DNA from: an uncultured Bacillota bacterium
Lineage (GTDB): Bacteria; Bacillota; Clostridia; Lachnospirales; Lachnospiraceae
Assembly (NCBI GenBank): GCA_949291945.1
Contig: CASEXH010000010.1
Span: 44,482-108,481 of the forward strand
Direction: 5' to 3'
DNA length: 64,000 nt
The notes beneath the pieces are model-generated. The model was not told the DNA's origin. It was given only the letters and a program-made list of their open reading frames with translations, and did no database searches. Position 1 is the stretch's first letter; each line of letters starts with the position of its first letter. This document shows, piece after piece, positions 58,916-64,000 of the stretch. Position numbers and translations under genes: made by a program.

Positions 58916-60208
58916 CAACACATGTTCTTTGATCTGACCGTATGTGGCGCCCTTCTGGAATCCGGACATATCCATATCTTCCAGTGAGAACTCCACACGC
59001 ACTTTCTTCGAGTCAATTTCTCCCTTGGAAAGCAAGACAACTGTCTCTATCCCCTCCGTGTGAGGAAACATATCCACTCCCTGAATCAGTTTTACCTGCC
59101 ACCCTTCTTTTATGAGCAATTCCAGATCTCTTTTCTGGGTTTCCGGATTGCAGGACACGTATACGATCTTTTCCGGCTTCATGGCGGACACTGCCTGCAA
59201 AAATTCCGGCGTGCTCCCGGCCCGGGGCGGATCCATAAATACTACGTCAACCCTTTCTCCCCTGGCAGCCATCTTTCCTATAAAATCCGTGGCGTCGGCG
59301 CAGAGAAACCGGGCATTCTGGATCCCGTTTTCTTTTGCATTTTCCCAGGCGCATTTCACAGCGCTGTTGTTCCGTTCCACCCCCATCACCTTTTTAGCCA
59401 TGGATGCTGCAGACAGACCGATGGTTCCTACCCCGCAGTAGGCGTCTAACACTGTCTGGCTTTTATCCAGGCCCGCCGCCTCTATGGCAGTTTTATAAAG
59501 GATTTCTGTCTGCACCGGGTTGATCTGGTAAAAGCTGGATCCGGAAATCCGAAACTGAATGCCACAGAGAGTATCCCGGATGTAACCCTTGCCATATAGG
59601 ATCTTTTCCTTATATCCCAGAACGGCGCTGGTAGACCGGTCATTGATATTCTGGACAAGGGTAGCGATCTTGGGGCACAGCTGCCGCACCCTTTTTCCAA
59701 AGGCTTTTGCTCCGGGAAGGACCGGAGAAGCTGTTACCAGTACGGCCAGGACCTGATCCTCCGCAAGACTATGGCGGACCAGGATATGGCGGACCAGTCC
59801 TGTCTTTTTATCTTCATCATAGACCGGATACTTAAATTCCCGTACAGCCTTTCGCACAGCTTCTATGGCCTCATCCAGAGCCGGCTGATGTAAGAGACAG
59901 GTCTCTACAGGAATCACCCAATGGGATCCCTGGGCATAGATTCCGCTTTTCACCTGTCTGCCTTGAGTATAAGTAAAGGTAGAGATTGCTTTATTCCGGT
60001 AATGCCATGGATTTTCCATGCCGATAATAGGCTGGGGCTTTCCGAAGTTTCCCAGGAGTTTCTTTATTTTTTTCTGTTTTTTCCGAAGCTGCTCCTCATA
60101 GGGCAGGGTAAGCATGGGACAGCCTCCGCAGCCCTGCTCTTGCAGAAGACAGGAAAACTGCTGCTTTTCTGTATCTGCCTTTTTCATGTATTTATCTTTA
60201 ATTTCCAA
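58913..60208 (-). CDS. rlmD: 23S rRNA (uracil-5)-methyltransferase RlmD/RumA family, with a chimeric 3' end
   Basis: CGGCPM, SFYQIN, DAYCGVG, DPPRAG, YVSCNPET and VDMFPHT...ETV. Confidence 0.93.
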   Translation of the reverse strand: MEIKDKYMKKADTEKQQFSCLLQEQGCGGCPMLTLPYEEQLRKKQKKIKKLLGNFGKPQPIIGMENPWHYRNKAISTFTYTQGRQVKSGIYAQGSHWVIPVETCLLHQPALDEAIEAVRKAVREFKYPVYDEDKKTGLVRHILVRHSLAEDQVLAVLVTASPVLPGAKAFGKRVRQLCPKIATLVQNINDRSTSAVLGYKEKILYGKGYIRDTLCGIQFRISGSSFYQINPVQTEILYKTAIEAAGLDKSQTVLDAYCGVGTIGLSAASMAKKVMGVERNNSAVKCAWENAKENGIQNARFLCADATDFIGKMAARGERVDVVFMDPPRAGSTPEFLQAVSAMKPEKIVYVSCNPETQKRDLELLIKEGWQVKLIQGVDMFPHTEGIETVVLLSKGEIDSKKVRVEFSLEDMDMSGFQKGATYGQIKEHVL

Positions 60209-61142
60209 GTTTGTCCCTCAGCTTTTCCCCGATTTCTTTATACACCGGCACTTCTACCTGATACTCTTCTCCCAGCCGGACCACCTGATAAATCAGTCCG
60301 TCTACCTCCGACTGTTTTCCTGCCGCTATATCCCGCTGCATGGAGGCAGTAGCTGTAGGCGCCAGATCGTCCATGATCTTCAGATTAATTTCTACCATAT
60401 TTTTTGGAAGTTCCACACCCATAGCAGAAGCGATCCTCTGGATTTCTTTTATCAGCTCTATAAAAGTTTCTCTCTTCTCTCCTCCCGGCTGCATCGCTTC
60501 AGAGGAAACCTCCCAGCAGGCTCCTACGGCGGCCATTGGGGAAACAAACGAGAATTTTTCAAGGGCATCCCGTTCTATATTGGAAGACAGCACCGGAAGG
60601 ATCTGGGACTCTTTCAGATCTGCCTCTATTTTTTTCAGCACAGGCATAACGTTTTTCACCGTTTCCTCTGGAGTTCCTTTTCTCAGCCCATAGACCACAC
60701 GGAAGATCTTTCCTGACATCAGGATCTTTCCCGGTTCTTTGATCTGGGAGGCAATGTAGATACAGCCATCTGTGACTGTCATGTCCGGCAGCCTTTCCTG
60801 GAGTTTTCCGCCGGTCCCGTAAATATTTAAGATAGGGATCACCACTGTATGATCATCTGCAATCCTTTTTATAAAATCCGCAGCCTCCTCAAGAGAATAT
60901 CCTTTTACGCATACAAAAACCACGTCCGGAACTTCCCGGTATTCTTCCATGGAACAGGCCTTTATCGGAGCCAGAAAATCTTCTTCCCCCAGCTGGATCT
61001 CCAAGCCGCTAGATTTCATAGCTTCCAGATGTCTGCCTCTGGCAATCAGCGTCACATCTTTTCCGGCTCTTGTAAGATAGCCTCCTATAGGGCCTCCGGT
61101 TCCTCCCGCTCCTAAGACTAGGTACTTTAACTGTTTCTCCAT
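60198..61142 (-). CDS. panE: Ketopantoate reductase family protein
   Basis: LGAGGTGG, VCVKGY, ILNIYG and ASMQRD...SEVD. Confidence 0.8.
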   Translation of the reverse strand: MEKQLKYLVLGAGGTGGPIGGYLTRAGKDVTLIARGRHLEAMKSSGLEIQLGEEDFLAPIKACSMEEYREVPDVVFVCVKGYSLEEAADFIKRIADDHTVVIPILNIYGTGGKLQERLPDMTVTDGCIYIASQIKEPGKILMSGKIFRVVYGLRKGTPEETVKNVMPVLKKIEADLKESQILPVLSSNIERDALEKFSFVSPMAAVGACWEVSSEAMQPGGEKRETFIELIKEIQRIASAMGVELPKNMVEINLKIMDDLAPTATASMQRDIAAGKQSEVDGLIYQVVRLGEEYQVEVPVYKEIGEKLRDKLGN

Positions 61143-61282
61143 CTCTTTTTCCTCCTGTCAAACACTGAATGTTCTTTCCCATTTTACCACACTGGCCTTC
61201 TGTTTTCCATGAGATTCCGCAGCAGAACAGATCTTGAAAAAATTTCTATATTTTTCGCCAAACCTATTGACAAGTACAACTG

Positions 61283-61327
61283 CTGTATATATACTGTACT
61301 TATCAAATAAGAACAGTATATATACAG
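61283..61327. promoter_or_regulatory. YtrA-type long inverted-repeat operator
   Basis: CTGTATATATACTGT-N15-ACAGTATATATACAG perfect 15-bp arms, just downstream of a TTGACA and upstream of the GntR gene. Confidence 0.75.
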
Positions 61328-61348
61328 TAAGTACACCGAGGTGAAAAG

Positions 61349-61723
61349 ATGAACATTATTTTAAGCAGCAGCAACAGTCAGCCCATCTACGAGCAGATCG
61401 TCACTCAGATCAAGGCCATGATCATGAGCGGCGAATTAAAGCCAAAAGATCCTCTCCCCTCTATCCGGGGTCTGGCCAAAAGCCTCCATGTCAGCGTTAT
61501 TACCGCCCAGCATGCTTACGAGGACCTTCAAAGAGATGGTTTTATTGAAACCGTGGCAGGCAAAGGAACCTTTGTCGCCGCTCAGAATCAGGATTTTATC
61601 CGGGAGGAACATCTCCGTATAGCAGAAAAGAAGCTGATGGAGGTGGCCAATATCGGGAAAGAATATCATATTTCCTGCGACCAGATGATCCAGATTCTTC
61701 AGATGTTTTATGAGGAGGAATAA
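61349..61723 (+). CDS. GntR-family regulator, YtrA subfamily
   Basis: QPIYEQIVTQIK...LPSIRGLAKSLHVSVIT...GKGTFV; 124 aa. Confidence 0.93.
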   Translation: MNIILSSSNSQPIYEQIVTQIKAMIMSGELKPKDPLPSIRGLAKSLHVSVITAQHAYEDLQRDGFIETVAGKGTFVAAQNQDFIREEHLRIAEKKLMEVANIGKEYHISCDQMIQILQMFYEEE

Positions 61724-61724
61724 T

Positions 61725-62594
61725 ATGGAACCAATTTTGTCAGTGGATCAGCTTACAAAAAAATACAAAGATTTCACTCTGGATCACATAAGCTTTCAGA
61801 TTCCCAGAGGTATGATCGTGGGAATGATCGGAGAAAACGGCGCCGGGAAAACCACTACTCTGATGTCTGTTTTTGAAATGATCTCTCCGGACAGCGGCCA
61901 GATCCGTCTTTTTGGCAGAAACTGGCGGGAAAACCGGAAAGAAAATCTCCAGAAAGTAGGCCTTGTCATGGACGGACTAAATCAAAATCCCCGTCTCTAC
62001 TGCAAAGATCTGGAAAATATCTACAAAAGAGTCTACAAAAACTGGGACAGCAGATTATTCTATCAGTATCTGAAACGTTTTTCTCTTCCACTAAACAAAA
62101 AAATCAAAAGCTCTTCAAAGGGCATGCTGGTAAAGCTGAATTTTGCCCTGGCTCTGTCCTATCACCCTGAGCTTTTGATCTTAGATGAAGCTACTTCAGG
62201 GCTGGATCCTGTTATGCGGGATGAGATCCTGGAACTTCTCCAGGAATTTGTCATGGATGAAGATCACTCTGTGCTGATCTCTTCCCATATCACCAGCGAC
62301 CTGGATAAGATTGCAGACTATATTCTTTTTCTCCATCAGGGAAAACTTCAGTTTTTCCGCTCCATGGAAGAAATTGAGAACAACTATGGGGTCCTTCACT
62401 GCCGGAAAGACTTTCTCCAGGTTCTCTCTCCGGAAGACTATGAGTCCTATATGCCGGAGGATTTTTCCTGCAAAGTACTGATCAGAAACAAGCAGGCCCT
62501 TCTTGGCCGGTTTCAGGATCTGGTCATGGAACGGGCCACATTAGAAGATTTTATGTTATTTTCCACAAAGGGGGTATTACCATGTCAGGATTAA
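61725..62594 (+). CDS. ABC ATP-binding protein (YtrB-like)
   Basis: GENGAGKTT, SSKGM, DEATSGLD and SSHI. Confidence 0.9.
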   Translation: MEPILSVDQLTKKYKDFTLDHISFQIPRGMIVGMIGENGAGKTTTLMSVFEMISPDSGQIRLFGRNWRENRKENLQKVGLVMDGLNQNPRLYCKDLENIYKRVYKNWDSRLFYQYLKRFSLPLNKKIKSSSKGMLVKLNFALALSYHPELLILDEATSGLDPVMRDEILELLQEFVMDEDHSVLISSHITSDLDKIADYILFLHQGKLQFFRSMEEIENNYGVLHCRKDFLQVLSPEDYESYMPEDFSCKVLIRNKQALLGRFQDLVMERATLEDFMLFSTKGVLPCQD

Positions 62595-63232
62595 TTTATC
62601 GGGATATCATTACCCAGATCCGCCGTTCTTTTCTTGGAAATATTATACCGGACATACTGTTTTTCTTTATGTTTCTCGTACTGTTAGGAAAATATAGATT
62701 CAGTCCGATGACCATCGTTCTTCTCTATCTCCCTACCCAGACCTCTATCATTCCGATTACATTAAAAGAGGCGGACTCCAGCTATAAAGGCCGGATGCTT
62801 TCCATGACCTTTCCATTTTCCAAAAGAGAACTGGTCCTTTCCAGATACCTTTCCTGCTGCCTGTATCAGCTTTACGGCATCGGGGTTATGATTCTTTTCC
62901 TTGTGCTGCATTTCCTTATATACAGGACCTACAGTCCTGCTGTCTATCTGGGGATCTTTGCAGGCGGCCTTCTGATCGCTTTATTTATGACGCTGATCAA
63001 TGTGATGGTATCTTTTGTTGGAAATATCAATATTTCTACGATCTTCTATATCGTTTTTGTTTTACTGGCAGCAGCTGCCTATATCCTGTATCTTTTTCTG
63101 GATATAGATCCACTGGATCTGCTCATTCTTCCACTTCCTCTTCTGTGGGGGATCGCAGTGGGGATCGTGGCAGTCACAGGGATCATCTCCTACAGTGTCT
63201 CTATGAAGGCTTTTATCAGAAGCTGCCGCTAG
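62582..63232 (+). CDS. ABC-2 type permease
   Basis: About 6 TMs and P.SKRELVLSRY. Confidence 0.8.
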   Translation: MSGLIYRDIITQIRRSFLGNIIPDILFFFMFLVLLGKYRFSPMTIVLLYLPTQTSIIPITLKEADSSYKGRMLSMTFPFSKRELVLSRYLSCCLYQLYGIGVMILFLVLHFLIYRTYSPAVYLGIFAGGLLIALFMTLINVMVSFVGNINISTIFYIVFVLLAAAAYILYLFLDIDPLDLLILPLPLLWGIAVGIVAVTGIISYSVSMKAFIRSCR

Positions 63233-63350
63233 CATTGGCTTCTTCTCTGCCTATTATCTCGGCCAGCTCACGGCATTGCTGTTCGCTGTCCGTTGCCGGT
63301 CGGATGCCCGCTCGTGCAAACAGGTTGGTCGTCCGACCGGCGTATCGCAC

Positions 63351-63410
63351 AAAATACCGCTGCACCACGCCTTTTCATGCTGTGGTGCAGCGGCATTTTT
63401 ATGACAGACA
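63351..63410. terminator. Bidirectional terminator
   Basis: AAAATACCGCTGCACCAC / GTGGTGCAGCGGCATTTT inverted repeat between convergent genes. Confidence 0.7.
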
Positions 63411-64000
63411 TTTCTTTATAAATCTATCTGCGATCCCGCAGACCTCCTCTGTCCAGAATTCAGCGCCTCCGTGATCCGCTCCCCGGATCAGGTACAGGCA
63501 GGCTTCTTTTCCCGTTTCTTTCAGTCTTCTATACAAATTTACACTCTGGCGGGTATTCACGATCCGGTCCTTGGTCCCATGGAAGATCAACACCGGAGGA
63601 AGGTCCGTGTCTTCTGTAATATTGCATTCCACAGACAGTTTCCGGCACAGATCCGGCCGTTCCTTCAGATTCACGCCCCCCATTTCCATGCCCTCAGGGC
63701 TGTCCGGCATATGATGATTGATGGTAGTGGGATTACTGTCTTTCAGCATAACACTGACAGAACCATAATAGTTTAAAATCCCCTTCGCTGAGGCTGATAT
63801 TCCCGGATACAAATTGGTTGCCTGATCATCATCCTGAAGGATTCCTGCAAACATAGCTGTATGGCCTCCGGAGGAATCCCCTCCTATTACAATCTTCTCC
63901 GGATCGATCTGATAATTTTTGCTGTTTTTCCGCATAAAGCGGACAGCGTTCCTGGCGTCCAGAGCCTGGGCCGGGAAAGAGGCCTGTCCCGAATGCCGGT
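63399..64000 (-). CDS. Alpha/beta-hydrolase (carboxylesterase), 5'-truncated by the window edge
   Basis: Nucleophile elbow GDSSGG, FHGTKD and ADHG. The frame stays open to the window end (RHSGQASFPAQALDARNAVRFMR). Confidence 0.88.
   Translation of the reverse strand, partial: RHSGQASFPAQALDARNAVRFMRKNSKNYQIDPEKIVIGGDSSGGHTAMFAGILQDDDQATNLYPGISASAKGILNYYGSVSVMLKDSNPTTINHHMPDSPEGMEMGGVNLKERPDLCRKLSVECNITEDTDLPPVLIFHGTKDRIVNTRQSVNLYRRLKETGKEACLYLIRGADHGGAEFWTEEVCGIADRFIKKCLS

Larger units (their letters stand above)
53765..59050 (-). mobile_element. Decayed remnant of an rlmD/rumA-targeting serine-recombinase element
   Basis: Chimeric rlmD 3' end at the right, recombinase C-terminal remnant at the left, visibly AT-richer cargo, and several nonsense/frameshift lesions. 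No intact integrase or conjugation genes. Confidence 0.7.

Noticed and set aside
53765-59050. An active ICE/IME
   Set aside because: No intact recombinase, relaxase or T4SS genes, and the second att site is not recognisable.
1-64000. CRISPR array, tRNA or rRNA genes, intact IS or prophage
   Set aside because: No regularly spaced repeats, RNA-gene signatures, transposase or phage structural genes were seen.

Overview
A gene-dense chromosomal window from an anaerobic Firmicute. Gene content and gene styles suggest Lachnospiraceae (Blautia-like); this is an inference, not a computed placement. From left to right it holds: a nitroreductase, acyltransferase, MerR and CsoR block; a GltD-linked [FeFe]-hydrogenase pair whose 5' leader contains a terminator; a five-gene catabolic operon (RidA, two-subunit aconitase X, Ldh_2 oxidoreductase, and a HAL-fold lyase lacking the MIO-forming Ala-Ser-Gly) behind a large STAND/BTAD activator; a P1B ATPase with CsoR-type operators; coaBC-panT-coaX; a cobalamin-riboswitch-controlled Opp/Nik-type ABC importer; T-box(Val)-ilvBN; an alpha-glucoside ABC/GH13/LacI locus; a Bce-type module and an orphan LanRK-LanFEG module; MoxR/VWA; an hcp-ferredoxin-Crp/Fnr locus; a decayed ~5.3 kb element integrated in the 3' end of rlmD/rumA, carrying Fic plus an HTH / Cys-His-Asp enzyme / zinc-ribbon membrane protein / SPFH-GYF cassette; a ketopantoate reductase; a YtrA-ABC module; and a partial esterase. 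The best candidates for undescribed biology are the MIO-less lyase/AcnX operon, the island cargo cassette and the hydrogenase leader RNA. All family assignments come from motif recognition by eye; no database searches were run.
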